From Anaerolineae bacterium (GTDB lineage Bacteria > Chloroflexota > Anaerolineae > B4-G1 > DUEL01), in the NCBI GenBank assembly GCA_034434635.1, contig DAOTYX010000118.1:1-57996 (forward strand): a DNA stretch of 57,996 bases, read 5' to 3'. The stretch's first letter is position 1. The number at the start of each line of letters is the position of its first letter. Position numbers and translations under genes: made by a program. Positions 1 through 10,350 of this stretch are shown piece by piece. The notes under the pieces are model-generated. The model was not told the DNA's origin. It saw only the letters and a program-made list of their open reading frames with translations, and searched no databases.

Positions 1-3000
1 GCCGGTCATCCGGGATGGGCACGCCGGCCGCGTCGCGGGCCGGGAGGCGCGGCGCAGGCCAGGTGTAAAGTCCCACTGCCAGACGATACCTTCCCGGCGG
101 GACATCGGCCAGGGAGAGCGTCACGGTCTCGCTGACCACTTCCCCTTCCGCCCACCAGGAGGTCGGATAGGCGCCGCCGCGCGGCATCGCGTCACTCTGC
201 GCCACCACCGCCTCGCTGGCCGGGTCGAACAGGTGGACGAAGACGGTGTAGTCTCCCCGCGGCGCGCGCAGGGCCTGCCACCACAGCGTCAGCCGCAACG
301 CCTCGGCGCTCTGCTCCACTTCGTACCCGGCAAGCCGAATCTCGTCCCCAAACTCGACCCCTGAGGGATGCTCCAACGGCGGCAGCACGAAGTGGCGGGG
401 CTGCGGTTGTGCCTCGAACGGGCCGGTCATGGGCAGTGTGAACTCCCCCAGCACCGTCTGCCCCAGCGGCTCCAGTGTGGCGGCCTGATAGAGCACCACC
501 TGCAGGCGGTAGCCGTCGCCAGGCGACAGGTCGTCCGGCAGCGCCAGCAGGTAGCGGTCGGTGACGAGTTCACCGGGCCGCCACATCCCCGTCGGCAGGA
601 AGCCGTATCCCGGCTGCGTGTCCAGGGAGACGCGCAACTGGCCCGCCCCGTCGAGCAGACGCAGGGAGATGGCGTAGTTGGCCGCCAGCGGGCGCACGGC
701 CGACCAGTCCAGGCGCACGGCCAGACGGTCGGGTACCGGCTGGCTCACCACGGCGGCGTGCAGGCGGATGTCCGCTCCGAACGCGGCCAGTACGGTCAGG
801 TCCGCTGGCACCGGTGGACCCTGTACCACGCGCACAGGACGGAGGTAGAGCGTGCTGTAGGTGCGGCCCTGGGGGGTGAGCGCGGGCAGTTCCCCTTCCG
901 GCCCCCAGAGGCGCAGTTGCAGCAGGTAGAGGCCGCGCGGGGTGTCGGGGGGAAAGACGAGGGCGCAGGAGCCGCCGTGCGGATCACAGGTCGCGCTGGC
1001 GAGCGGCAACACGTCGTAACGGATCGCCGCAGGAGAGACCAGGTCGAGAGTGGCATGTGTCCCGCTGCCGCGCTCCTCCCAATCCAGCGTGACGGTGAGC
1101 GGGTCGCCAGGGGCGAGCACCTCCGCCGAGAGGGTGTAGCCGCACACCCGCCCGCCAGGCCCGAAATCCACCCCGCCGGGGTTGTGGTGCAGATAGGGCA
1201 TGTGCTCGAAGTCCATCGTCAGGTCTGATGGGTCCGCGGGGACGGAGCGGGGGAGAAGCAGCATGAGCGAAAGTCCCAGGATGACGGGCAGGGAGCAGAC
1301 GAGAATGGGAAGGAGAGGGATCGGCCGCGGCCTGCGCCAGCGCCAGAGCAACCCGGCAAGCAACCCCACAGCAGCCAACAACGAGGTCGTCTCGGCGACA
1401 GCGCGCACGGGCGTGCGCCCCAGCCACAGGAGGACCGTGTGTTCGCCCGGCGGCACGGTCAGGGCCAGGTAGCCGGAGCCCGTCACTGGCTGCACCGTCA
1501 CCGGCGCGCCGTCCACCTGCGCCGCCCAGCCGGGCCAGTACAGGAGCGGAAAGGCGATGCTGCCGCCGGCGCCCGTCACGCGCCAGACCTGACGGGCAGG
1601 CTGCCGTTCCAGAAGCGTCGCCTCCAGCGCGGCCCCGTCCAGCGGGATGGCACGCGGCGGCGCGTCGGGCTCGACCAGCGCGTCGGAGGTGAAGGGACGA
1701 GGCACCACCTCCCGGTAGAGCCACTCGTAGCGGATGGTGGTGCCGATATTGCCGCTGAACAGTTCGTAGAGTTGCAGCCGCTCGACGGTCACGTCGGCAG
1801 CAGAGACAGGCAGGCGTTCGGGGTGCAGCGGCAACAGGACGGAGAGGGCCAGCAGCGCGGCGATGAGCGCGGCGGTCAGCAGGGCGACACGGGGCAGACG
1901 ACGGGGAACCAATGCCCCGGTGACCGCGGCGGCCAGAAGCGCCTGCACGGAGAGGAAGCGCCAGGGGAACTGCACCAGCGGCAGGAGCGGCAGATGATCC
2001 CACAACGGCCGGGAGAGCGGCGTGATCATCCCTGTGGCCAGCAGCAACCCCACCCCGATGAACCCCCAACGCGCATCCAGCCGTTCAGCGGGCGGACCGG
2101 GCGAAGCGCGGGGGGCTGTCGGAGGGCGCTGGCGCGCTGCGCGGACCAGCAGCACGATCATCCCCAGCACGGCGAAGAACGCCTGCGCCAACCCCATCGC
2201 AAAGGGCGAGCGGTCCCCCAGGCTCGCGGCGACGGCGTAATCGAACAGCGGCTGCCACTGCACCAGGTTCAGCGTGCGGAAGTGGCGGCTATAGTGGAAA
2301 TACCCCTCGGTGGAGGGGCCCAATTGCACCAGTCCGGTCTCCGCGATCGCCGGCAGCCAGAACCAGGCGGAGAGGAGCGCCCCCAAGGCGAAGCCCACCA
2401 GTCCATCCCGTACCGTCCGCCAGCGGCGCTCCGTCCGCCAGCACAAGGCCACCAGGTACAGCAGCGCGAAGGGGGCGAAGATGAAGGCAGAGAGGTTGTG
2501 GGTGAGCAGCAGCGCAGCGGTGCAGAGGACGATCGGCAGGATGCGGTCGAGCGTTATCCGACGCGGCTCCCGTAGCCGGTCCAGCGACCAGAGCAGGAGC
2601 GGGTAGATGGCGAACGCGGTGAACTCCGAGAGCGAGTCGCCGCGCACGTAGACGTTGACCAGATGGAACGGGGCGAAGGTGTAGGCGGCAGCGGCCAGCC
2701 ACGCGGCGCGGTCGTCGCCGGTCATCCGGCGCATCCAGCCGAACATCCCCAGCGCCGCCACGACGAAGCCCAGGGTCTGGGTCACCTTGAGCGCGGTGAG
2801 GATGTCGAAGCCCAGCAGGACGAGCGAGGCGGCCAGGTAATAGGGCAGGGCGGCGTAGTAACTGAAGAACGGGTAGCCCAGGCCGTAGGCGGCGTCGGGC
2901 ATCCAGCGCACGGGGAAGACCCCCGCCCGCAGGCTTTCCGCCATCTGCTGCGTGCGCAGGAGCAGGAAGGGACTGTCGCCGCCGCCGCGCGTGTTGACCA

Positions 3001-3088
3001 TCCCCGGCCCCCATAGCGGCATGGCGGCGAGGAAGGCGACCAGCGAGACCAACGCGACGAGAAGCGCCGGGCGAAGGTGGCGCGTCAC
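1..3088 (-). CDS. GT-C-fold integral membrane glycosyltransferase (PTPS-related/YfhO-like N-terminus) with C-terminal Ig-like domains; 3' end beyond window
   Basis: Manually read frame absent from the ORF track because it runs off the edge. GTG at 3088 overlaps the upstream stop (GTGA). Translation MTRHLRPALL...GGGDSPFLLLR...GVFPVRWMPDAAYGLGYPFFSYYAALPYYL...HLVNVYVRGDSLSEF. Many TM helices; near the window edge SWWAEGEVVSETVTLSLP motif shared with neighbours. Confidence 0.8.
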   Translation of the reverse strand, partial: MTRHLRPALLVALVSLVAFLAAMPLWGPGMVNTRGGGDSPFLLLRTQQMAESLRAGVFPVRWMPDAAYGLGYPFFSYYAALPYYLAASLVLLGFDILTALKVTQTLGFVVAALGMFGWMRRMTGDDRAAWLAAAAYTFAPFHLVNVYVRGDSLSEFTAFAIYPLLLWSLDRLREPRRITLDRILPIVLCTAALLLTHNLSAFIFAPFALLYLVALCWRTERRWRTVRDGLVGFALGALLSAWFWLPAIAETGLVQLGPSTEGYFHYSRHFRTLNLVQWQPLFDYAVAASLGDRSPFAMGLAQAFFAVLGMIVLLVRAARQRPPTAPRASPGPPAERLDARWGFIGVGLLLATGMITPLSRPLWDHLPLLPLVQFPWRFLSVQALLAAAVTGALVPRRLPRVALLTAALIAALLALSVLLPLHPERLPVSAADVTVERLQLYELFSGNIGTTIRYEWLYREVVPRPFTSDALVEPDAPPRAIPLDGAALEATLLERQPARQVWRVTGAGGSIAFPLLYWPGWAAQVDGAPVTVQPVTGSGYLALTVPPGEHTVLLWLGRTPVRAVAETTSLLAAVGLLAGLLWRWRRPRPIPLLPILVCSLPVILGLSLMLLLPRSVPADPSDLTMDFEHMPYLHHNPGGVDFGPGGRVCGYTLSAEVLAPGDPLTVTLDWEERGSGTHATLDLVSPAAIRYDVLPLASATCDPHGGSCALVFPPDTPRGLYLLQLRLWGPEGELPALTPQGRTYSTLYLRPVRVVQGPPVPADLTVLAAFGADIRLHAAVVSQPVPDRLAVRLDWSAVRPLAANYAISLRLLDGAGQLRVSLDTQPGYGFLPTGMWRPGELVTDRYLLALPDDLSPGDGYRLQVVLYQAATLEPLGQTVLGEFTLPMTGPFEAQPQPRHFVLPPLEHPSGVEFGDEIRLAGYEVEQSAEALRLTLWWQALRAPRGDYTVFVHLFDPASEAVVAQSDAMPRGGAYPTSWWAEGEVVSETVTLSLADVPPGRYRLAVGLYTWPAPRLPARDAAGVPIPDDR

Positions 3089-5115
3089 GGAGCGACCTCC
3101 TCCACGTCCACCACGATCCAGTCTCCCGCCGGATTGCCTGCCGCGTCCAGCAGGTAGAGCGTCGCGCCGCTGGCGGGGTTCCACAGGCCAAAGCGCAACG
3201 CGTCCCGGCCCGGCTGTGGCGCGCCCACACCGGTGATGATGTGGTCGTCGTTGACCACATCGCCAGGACGCCACCGGCTGGTGGGGAAGCGCCCGCCTGC
3301 TGGCAGGCTATCCCCCTGAGCGATGCGTTCCCCGTCCCGCAGGTAGTGCAGGAAGACGGTGTACTCCTGATCCAGCGGCGCGGTGGCCCGCCAGCGTAGC
3401 CGGACGCGCAACCGGTCCGTATCCAGCGAGGTGACCGTCGCGCCGAGCAGTTCGACGCCGCCGGAGAAGCGGGCCAGCGCCGGCTCCGTCGGGTCGGGTG
3501 GGCTGGCAAAGAAGGCCAGGTAGGTGGTGTAGGGAGCGGGGTCGCGGTCCCCCTGCGATAGCGCACCTTCCTCAACGGTGATCTCCGCCGGGGCCGGCAG
3601 CAGCGCCCAGACGCGCTGCCAGTCGTCGTAGGGCCAGAGGAAGAAGGCGGTTTGGAGGGTGGAGGTTGGAGGTTGGAAGTTGGAGGTTGGAGGCAGGCCG
3701 ATGGTGATGGCGGGGGAGGGGGGGACGAGGAAGCGCACCTGGGGCCATCCCTCCCACAGCACCGGGTCGAGGTAGACCTGCCTTGCTGCGCTCTGCGGCT
3801 CTCGAACCATCCGCGCGCCGTCCCAACCCGTGCCCAGGAAACCGTTGACCCGCCCGGCCAGCGCCGTCGCGCCGCGCTCGAACCAGTAGCCGGCCAACGG
3901 CGCGCGGGCGTACTCCCCGAAGTAGGCCCAGGCGGTGCTGCCCAGACCGTACAGCAGCACGACGGCGGCCGCTGCCCGACCAGGCCACAGACTCTTCTGC
4001 TCCGCTCTTTGCCCGATCAGCGCGTCCAACCCCAACGCTGGCAGGAGAGCGGCCATCGGCAGCACGCCGACGGCGCGCAGGAAGTGGGGTGTGTCCTCAG
4101 CCAGGATCGTCGGCAGGAGCATCACTCCCGTCCAGATGATCAGGAGTCCGGCCGCCGGCTCCTGGCGGGCGCGGCGCAGGGCGATCACCAGACCCAGGAC
4201 AAAGGCGGCTCCCAGCAGCGGGTCGAAAACGGGCCGCCAGGGGACGTTATGCCGCCAGATGCGGTCCCCGCGCACGAAGAACATCTCCAGCGCGCGCAGG
4301 ACCTGCCGGCCCAGAAGGCCCCACGGGTCGCCGCCGCTGATCTGGGGGTTGAACACCCACACCTGCCCGGGCCGGCCCAGCACGACGTCGGGGTGTATGA
4401 GGGTGTAGACACCCAGCGGGACAAGGGTCAACAGCACGGCAAGGAGAGCCAGGAGCAGAGAGTGCCAATGGGGGAGGTATGAGCGCTCTTTCCGGCTCAT
4501 CACCAACAGGTAGACAGCAAAGGCCAGCAGCGCCACCGGGGTGAAGCGCGCGGCGGTGTAGGTATAGAAGGACAGGCCGTAGAACACCCCCGTGGCCACC
4601 CAGTGCCATCGTCCCCTCTCCTTCTTGCGCCACGCCAGGGCCGCCTGCCACACCGTCAGGGCGATGAACAGGGGAAGCATAACGGCGCGAAAACCGACCC
4701 GGCTGAGGTGGACGTGCCACAGCGTCACCGCCAGCACCGCCGCGGCCAGCAGCCCCACCCGCCGCGAGAAGAGCGCGCGCCCTGCCGCCGCTGTCGCCGC
4801 GATGGTGAGCACCCCCACCGGGAAGGCAGCCAGCCGCACCGCCAGGGGACTCCGGCCCACCATCGCCAGGGTCGCGGCAACCAGGTAGATGAACAGCGGC
4901 TCCCGTCCGTTGTTGGCCGGAAAGTAAAGGGCGAGCCGCCCCTGCAGCAGGCCGAGCGCGTCCAGCCCGTTGAACGCCTCGTCGTGGTAGAGGCCCGGCG
5001 GAACCTGCCCGCAGGCGACCAGGCGTAGCGCGGCGGCCACGAGCAACAGGAGGATAGGGGCCCAGGCCCACAGCCATGCGACAGGCGGCCGAGACGGCGT
5101 GGGGCGACCGGTCAT
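3085..5115 (-). CDS. ArnT/PMT-like GT-C (GT39/GT83-type) glycosyltransferase with C-terminal Ig-like domain, ~676 aa
   Basis: Start taken at ATG 5115 (ATGA overlap with upstream stop), not 5802. PPGLYHDEAFNGLDA acidic loop, WHVHLSRVGFR, multiple TM segments, C-terminal RWRPGDVVND motif. Confidence 0.85.
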   Translation of the reverse strand: MTGRPTPSRPPVAWLWAWAPILLLLVAAALRLVACGQVPPGLYHDEAFNGLDALGLLQGRLALYFPANNGREPLFIYLVAATLAMVGRSPLAVRLAAFPVGVLTIAATAAAGRALFSRRVGLLAAAVLAVTLWHVHLSRVGFRAVMLPLFIALTVWQAALAWRKKERGRWHWVATGVFYGLSFYTYTAARFTPVALLAFAVYLLVMSRKERSYLPHWHSLLLALLAVLLTLVPLGVYTLIHPDVVLGRPGQVWVFNPQISGGDPWGLLGRQVLRALEMFFVRGDRIWRHNVPWRPVFDPLLGAAFVLGLVIALRRARQEPAAGLLIIWTGVMLLPTILAEDTPHFLRAVGVLPMAALLPALGLDALIGQRAEQKSLWPGRAAAAVVLLYGLGSTAWAYFGEYARAPLAGYWFERGATALAGRVNGFLGTGWDGARMVREPQSAARQVYLDPVLWEGWPQVRFLVPPSPAITIGLPPTSNFQPPTSTLQTAFFLWPYDDWQRVWALLPAPAEITVEEGALSQGDRDPAPYTTYLAFFASPPDPTEPALARFSGGVELLGATVTSLDTDRLRVRLRWRATAPLDQEYTVFLHYLRDGERIAQGDSLPAGGRFPTSRWRPGDVVNDDHIITGVGAPQPGRDALRFGLWNPASGATLYLLDAAGNPAGDWIVVDVEEVAP
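3652..3693. repeat. Six-unit heptamer tandem repeat (TTGGAGG)n inside a CDS
   Basis: ttggagg gtggagg ttggagg ttggaag ttggagg ttggagg; 42 bp keeps the frame and encodes approximately PPTSNFQPPTSTLQ. Confidence 0.9.
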
Positions 5116-7967
5116 GGCCTCTCCTCCAGCGGGACGGGCCAGCGGTCCTCGGGCAGCCGTTGCCCATCCCGGAAAGCCGGCAGGCGGTCGCCGCTCAGCG
5201 CGTCGTAGAGGCCGGTGACCAGCAGGTAGGGGCCGGGCGGCGCGTCGGCGGGAATGACCATCGTGTAGGTGTCCTCGATATACTCCCCAGGCTGCCACTG
5301 GGTGGTGAGCATGCGCCCGCCCTGCGGCCAGCCGTCGGCCTGGGTCACCGGCTGACCATCGGCGGTGAGCAGGTGGTTGAAGACCGCATAGATGGCGGCG
5401 GGCCGGGAGCGGGCGTGCCAGACGTAGTCCAGGCGCAGCGTGCCGCCAGGCCGTGCCTCCCCTTCCACACGATAGCCGCGCAGGCTGATCTCCGCGCCGA
5501 AGTCCACCTGCGTCGGGGTGTACCCCCGTGGCATCCGCCGCAGCACCGGTCGCGGCTCGACGGTCAGGTCGAATAGCGGAAGGCGCGTCAGGCCGTCCGT
5601 CGTCGCCCAGGACACACCGTCGGACCCCAGCACCTCCAGCGTGACGCGGGCCGGGCCGGTGCGCGCGTCGGGCGGCAGGCTGATCGAGGTGACGAGCGTG
5701 ACCAGCCGCCCAGGGAACCACTGCGGAGCCGGGTAGCCGGGTATGATGGACTGGGTCTTGCTGACGATGAGGGTGGCCTGCAGGCCGGGCAGGGCGAGCC
5801 ACGGGCGATGTTCGACCCTCAGTCGAAGCGAGAGTTCTGGCAGTGGCGTGGTCGGCGACCGCCAGTGCAGGCGCAGGGGGATGGGGTAGCCCGGCTGGAA
5901 GCGCCGACCCCCTGGCTCGACCGCGGCCAGGGTGACGCAGGGCGCGCCGCTCGGCGCGCAGAAGGCCGTCATGCCGGGGGCGGGGGCTGCGGCCGTCTGG
6001 CCATCCCCCGCCGTCTCAACCGCCACCAGGGGCAGGTAGAGCAGGTTGGCCATGCCTGCAGAGGGAGCGCCGGGCAGGGGATCGGACAGCGAGACCGAGA
6101 ACAGGTCCGCCGCCGTGCCGTCGCCCACGGGCAGCGCTTCCCCGGTGGCGACGTCCGTCACGGCCAGGCGCAGGGTGTACTCCCCTGGGGGCGCGCCGGG
6201 CGGGACCATCAGCCCCTCGTAGTCGGTAACCGTCTCGTCCGGTTGCCAGTGGGAGGGGGGGTAGGCCCACGCACCGGGCAGCGGCTCCGCCTGCAGCCAG
6301 ACGTATCCCCTGGCATCCACCCACTGCAGGGCCAGGCGGACATCGCCCTCGAGGGGGCGCAGCGGGCGCCAGTAGAGGGTCACGCGCAACGGCTCGCCCG
6401 CCGTGGGCTGCGGCTCCCAGGCCACCCGCTCCAGCCGCAGCCGCTCGCCGAACGTGATCCCCACGGCGCGGGCGGGGGCGTCAGCGGGCAGTGGCGGCAG
6501 GTAGAGCGAGAAATCCACCGTGTCCCACACCGCGTGAGCGTGGGTGCGCAGCCAGCCTTCGGCGAAGTGCGCGGGGTCCACGCTGTCCACCGCGGCGGGC
6601 AGCACCCAGAGCCGCCCGTAGCGGGCCAACAGGCCTTCCAGCACCGGGCGGGCCTCGTCGGGCGAAAGGAGCGGCGGAGCCTGCGGCGGCAGGAGGGTGA
6701 TCGGCGGCAAGCCGCCGGGGTCGTAGTACTGGAAGGGGATCCACTGCCACGGGCCGTAGAAGAGGATGGCGTCACCGGGGCGAGAGTATGCCCGTACCGT
6801 CTCCAGCGTCCGCCCGTAGTGGGAGCGGTCGAAGGTCACCGTGGGCCACAGTCCCCCCGCAGCAAGCAACCCGGCCATGCCCACGGCGAGGAGCAGGGAC
6901 ACAATCCTGCCGCACCCCCATCGCAGCGGGAACGTGACCAGCCCTCCCAGAGCCAGGACGATGAGCGGGGCCATGAAGAGCAGGTACCGTTCCGCCGGCG
7001 GCTGGGGCAACTGGAAGGCGAGGAGGAATGGCACCAGCAGGGCCAGCAACAGCCAGAGGGCCGCCACCTGTCGGCGCAGCAGACCGATGAGGAGACCGAG
7101 GCCGGCCAGGGTCAGCAGGACGTAGAGCAGGCGGAACCAGACCCGCATCGCCGGTCCGAAGAGCACCTTGCCCAGCAGGTGAAAAGCCTGAAAGCGCGTT
7201 GGCAGGGTGAGGGCGATGTCCCGCCACAGACCGGCGGTCGTCGCCTGCAGGCCGCTGGCCAGGTAGAACCAGACCAGGCCGCCCAACGCCGGCACCAGAT
7301 GGACCGCCAGCCAGGCCGCCAGTGGCCGCCAGCGGCGGCACACCAGCAGCGCCAGCGGCTGCACCAGGATGGGCAGGAGGAGGTAGTAATGGGTCAGGAG
7401 GGCCAGCAGGTGGACGGCGGGCAGGGCGACAAGGGCCGCGCGGCCTGGCCAGCGATTGGCCGGCAGCCAGTCGCGCAGGAACAGACCCGCCGAGAGCAAC
7501 ACCCAGGCCATGGTCAGCGGGTACATGCGCGCGTCGCGGGCGAAATAGGCCATCCCCGGCGTGGCGGCCAGCAGCAGCGCCGGGATCAGGCCGCTCAACG
7601 GACGGCGGCCTACGACTGCGCCCTGAGCCTGCCAGAGGCCACACCGCGCCACCCAACCGATCAGCACCAGAACGACCAGTCCGCAGCCCACGGAGAAGAA
7701 CCGCAGGCTGAACTCGCTGCGGCCGGCAACCGCCATCCAGCCGTGGATCAGCACGTAATAGAGGGGCGGGTGCTCGCGGGAGGCCTGCGTCAGGTAGGAC
7801 AGCATCTCACCCAGCGGCCGGCGGGCGACGAAATCGGTGGCGGACTCGTCGAAGGTCAGATCGCTGGCGTCCAGTTGATAGAGCCACAGACCCCAGGCAG
7901 CCAGCAGGAGGGCTGTCCAGGCGAGGAGGCAGAGTCGGCATCCACGGCTGATGCGAGCGGTCTTCAT
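5112..7967 (-). CDS. GT-C (GT39/PMT_2-like) glycosyltransferase with two C-terminal Ig-like domains, 951 aa
   Basis: DLTFDESATDF loop, HPPLYYVL, ARDARMYPL, TM-rich N-half; repeated WxPxExxxD...PPGxYxL motifs. Confidence 0.85.
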   Translation of the reverse strand: MKTARISRGCRLCLLAWTALLLAAWGLWLYQLDASDLTFDESATDFVARRPLGEMLSYLTQASREHPPLYYVLIHGWMAVAGRSEFSLRFFSVGCGLVVLVLIGWVARCGLWQAQGAVVGRRPLSGLIPALLLAATPGMAYFARDARMYPLTMAWVLLSAGLFLRDWLPANRWPGRAALVALPAVHLLALLTHYYLLLPILVQPLALLVCRRWRPLAAWLAVHLVPALGGLVWFYLASGLQATTAGLWRDIALTLPTRFQAFHLLGKVLFGPAMRVWFRLLYVLLTLAGLGLLIGLLRRQVAALWLLLALLVPFLLAFQLPQPPAERYLLFMAPLIVLALGGLVTFPLRWGCGRIVSLLLAVGMAGLLAAGGLWPTVTFDRSHYGRTLETVRAYSRPGDAILFYGPWQWIPFQYYDPGGLPPITLLPPQAPPLLSPDEARPVLEGLLARYGRLWVLPAAVDSVDPAHFAEGWLRTHAHAVWDTVDFSLYLPPLPADAPARAVGITFGERLRLERVAWEPQPTAGEPLRVTLYWRPLRPLEGDVRLALQWVDARGYVWLQAEPLPGAWAYPPSHWQPDETVTDYEGLMVPPGAPPGEYTLRLAVTDVATGEALPVGDGTAADLFSVSLSDPLPGAPSAGMANLLYLPLVAVETAGDGQTAAAPAPGMTAFCAPSGAPCVTLAAVEPGGRRFQPGYPIPLRLHWRSPTTPLPELSLRLRVEHRPWLALPGLQATLIVSKTQSIIPGYPAPQWFPGRLVTLVTSISLPPDARTGPARVTLEVLGSDGVSWATTDGLTRLPLFDLTVEPRPVLRRMPRGYTPTQVDFGAEISLRGYRVEGEARPGGTLRLDYVWHARSRPAAIYAVFNHLLTADGQPVTQADGWPQGGRMLTTQWQPGEYIEDTYTMVIPADAPPGPYLLVTGLYDALSGDRLPAFRDGQRLPEDRWPVPLEERP

Positions 7968-7973
7968 GTCTTC

Positions 7974-10205
7974 TCAGCGCACCCGCACGCGGGTCAGGAC
8001 CACGTGATCCTCTAACTGCGCCCCTGTCGCCGAGATGAGGGGCAGGCGGACGATCTCCTCACCGCGCAGGACGTAGACCGTCACCCGGAGGTCATAGGAG
8101 CCGGGCGGGGCGTCGGGATAGACGGTGAGCGCGCGCTGTTCCACCACCTGCTGGCCGGTTTGCCAGGAGGCGGTCGGCGCGGCCCCCTCCAGTGGCCAGG
8201 AGTCGTGTTGCGCTGCCTTGCGCTGGGCGTCGTCCACCAACTGTGCGGAGACGGTGTAGTTGGTGTCCATCGGCCGCTCTCCACGCCAGTAGAGGGTCAG
8301 CGTGACCGTCTCGCCCGGGCGCACGGCCAGCGCGCTCAGGTCGTACCCCACCAGCGCCATCTGCCCGCCGAAGTCAAGGGTGATGGGGTTAGGCACGTCA
8401 TCGGGGCGGGGGCGCAATTCCACCCGCCCGAAGCGCAGGCTGTCCCCGCCGTCCGCCAGGGGCAGGCGCACGCCGCTGACGGGGTCGTACAACCCCACCT
8501 CTACCTGGGTCACATCCGGGGCGTAGGCGGTGGCGGGCAGCCGCAGCACCGTGCGGTCGGCCCAACGGAAGCCCGGCGTCAGGCGAGTGGCGGAGAGCCG
8601 CCCCAGGCCAGGGAGGGTATCGCGCTGCGCCACCAGACGCTCCTCCAGGCCCAGCAGGTGGACGAAGACCGCCGTCTCCTGACCGGCAGGGGCCAGCGCC
8701 TCCCAGTACAGCGTCACCGCCACCTCGCTGCCCGGCCCGGCGGCCCCGGTTTCCAGGTCATATCCCAGCAGCCGCATCACCCCGCCGAAATCGGCCTGCA
8801 GGGGATGAGGGATGGCAGCGACCTCCTCGTCGGACAGCGGCGCGGGAGGGGCGTAGGCCGGGGCGATCCAGGCTGGCAGCGCCGCCGTCGAGAGGCCCAG
8901 CAGGAGGAGCGCGCAGGTTGCCAGCGGCCACCCTTCCCAGCGGCGCGGCAGCCATCCCGCCAGCCCCAGCGCCAGCCCCAGTGACCAGACCGGGATGGCG
9001 GGGAAGACCAGCCGCCCCTGCGATGACCAGGTCACCTGCGCCCATCTGAACCAGCCAAAGACCACCGCTCCCGCCCACAGCAGGAGAATCAAGAGTGAAA
9101 AGGCCCCCTGAACCCCTCCCGCAGGCTTCGGCATCCTCTTTCTGAGCAGCCCGATGGCCAGGCCGGCCACGGCGACGACCAGCAGCCCGTTGAGGAGGGT
9201 GTAAGCCCAAGGGGGCATCGGCACGTTCAGGCCGCCGAAGTTGCCCCAGTAGCCGGCCAGGAAACTGTACCGCTCCCGCCACAACTGCGCCAGGTCTGCC
9301 GGCACATCCCGCTGGCCGAGAATCTCGATGAACGCGCTCCAGCCCAGCAGGTCACCGTACAGGTGCAGGTTGCGCAGGTACCACCAGCCAGCGACGGCCA
9401 GGACGGGAAGGAGCACGCCGAGGGAGAGGCGAAGGACAGCCAGGATGCGCTGGGACATTCGGGCGCCCGGCGCCTGCGCCCAGCCACGCACGGCGACGGC
9501 CAGCAGCGCCAGCGGGAGCAGTCCCAGCGCGCTCTCCTTCGTCAGCGCGGCCAGGCCGACGAGCAGGCCCAGGAAGAGGGCGTCGCGAATGCGGAAGGAC
9601 GGGCGCATCATCCCCAGCAGCGCCATGCTGCACAGCGGCACCACCAGGTTGTCGTTGTTCACCGAGCCGCTGATGAAGATGAACATCGGCGTGAAGGCGT
9701 GGATCGCCGCGGCACCCAGCGCCAGCGTTGGGTGGTGGGGAAAGAGCGTGCGGACCAGCCGGTAGGTCAGGTAGACCGCCGCCGCGCCCATCCCGACGGA
9801 GAGCAGACGAATGAGATGCACGGCCAACACCGTCCCGCGCCAGGGGAAGGCCTCCCGCGCCGGGTCGTGGACCACCAGGTTGACGTTCCCGTCAGGAGTG
9901 GCGACGCCGAGGTCCGCCTGGGGGTTGAGGTAGCGCACCTGCGGCATATCCGACGTGTCGATCCAGGACGTGATCGCCGCGGCCAGCGCATAGTAGAGCG
10001 GCGGCTGGCTGCCCTCCTGTCGCCACGGTCCCACGTTGGCCGGGTCCTGCACGGGCAGCGCCCAGTGGGTGGCGATGAACTGCACCATCGGATAGTGCCA
10101 CAGTTCGTCGGAAGCCTCGAAGGGGGGCACGACGACGCTGTAGGCCGCCCCCAGGAGCACGAAGAGGGCCAGGATCAGCAGGAGATAGGTGTCAGGGGGT
10201 CTCAT
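7974..10205 (-). CDS. GT-C membrane glycosyltransferase (DUF2142/ArnT-like) with Ig-like domains, 743 aa
   Basis: VPPFEASDELWHY, QPPLYY, SVNNDNL, LTKES motifs; C-terminal Ig-like repeats. Confidence 0.85.
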   Translation of the reverse strand: MRPPDTYLLLILALFVLLGAAYSVVVPPFEASDELWHYPMVQFIATHWALPVQDPANVGPWRQEGSQPPLYYALAAAITSWIDTSDMPQVRYLNPQADLGVATPDGNVNLVVHDPAREAFPWRGTVLAVHLIRLLSVGMGAAAVYLTYRLVRTLFPHHPTLALGAAAIHAFTPMFIFISGSVNNDNLVVPLCSMALLGMMRPSFRIRDALFLGLLVGLAALTKESALGLLPLALLAVAVRGWAQAPGARMSQRILAVLRLSLGVLLPVLAVAGWWYLRNLHLYGDLLGWSAFIEILGQRDVPADLAQLWRERYSFLAGYWGNFGGLNVPMPPWAYTLLNGLLVVAVAGLAIGLLRKRMPKPAGGVQGAFSLLILLLWAGAVVFGWFRWAQVTWSSQGRLVFPAIPVWSLGLALGLAGWLPRRWEGWPLATCALLLLGLSTAALPAWIAPAYAPPAPLSDEEVAAIPHPLQADFGGVMRLLGYDLETGAAGPGSEVAVTLYWEALAPAGQETAVFVHLLGLEERLVAQRDTLPGLGRLSATRLTPGFRWADRTVLRLPATAYAPDVTQVEVGLYDPVSGVRLPLADGGDSLRFGRVELRPRPDDVPNPITLDFGGQMALVGYDLSALAVRPGETVTLTLYWRGERPMDTNYTVSAQLVDDAQRKAAQHDSWPLEGAAPTASWQTGQQVVEQRALTVYPDAPPGSYDLRVTVYVLRGEEIVRLPLISATGAQLEDHVVLTRVRVR

Positions 10206-10210
10206 AAGTG

Positions 10211-10350
10211 GTGGTCATTGGTATGTTGGTACATTGGTACGTTGGTACATTGGTACATTGGTACGTTGGTACATTGGTACATTGGTCATTGGTTCATTGG
10301 TACATTGGTTCATTGGTCATTGGTACATTGGTCATTGGTTATTGGTCATT
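10211..10350. repeat. ~18-unit 7/8-bp tandem array (TTGGTACA/TTGGTCA/TTGGTTCA) filling a gene junction
   Basis: Directly readable. Runs from the last codons of the upstream gene (MTNNQ*) to just before ATG 10205. Confidence 0.95.

Noticed and set aside
3085-5802. 905-aa version of the GT-C gene (and extended starts given for 10332, 17868, 34805, 47003, 50720, 53878, 56845)
   Set aside because: The extensions overlap upstream genes and are low-complexity; coupled ATG/GTG starts downstream fit better.
10211-10350. CRISPR array (also considered 29987-30117 and 36528-36604)
   Set aside because: Units are 7-10 bp and contiguous, with no unique spacers and no cas genes; these are simple tandem repeats.
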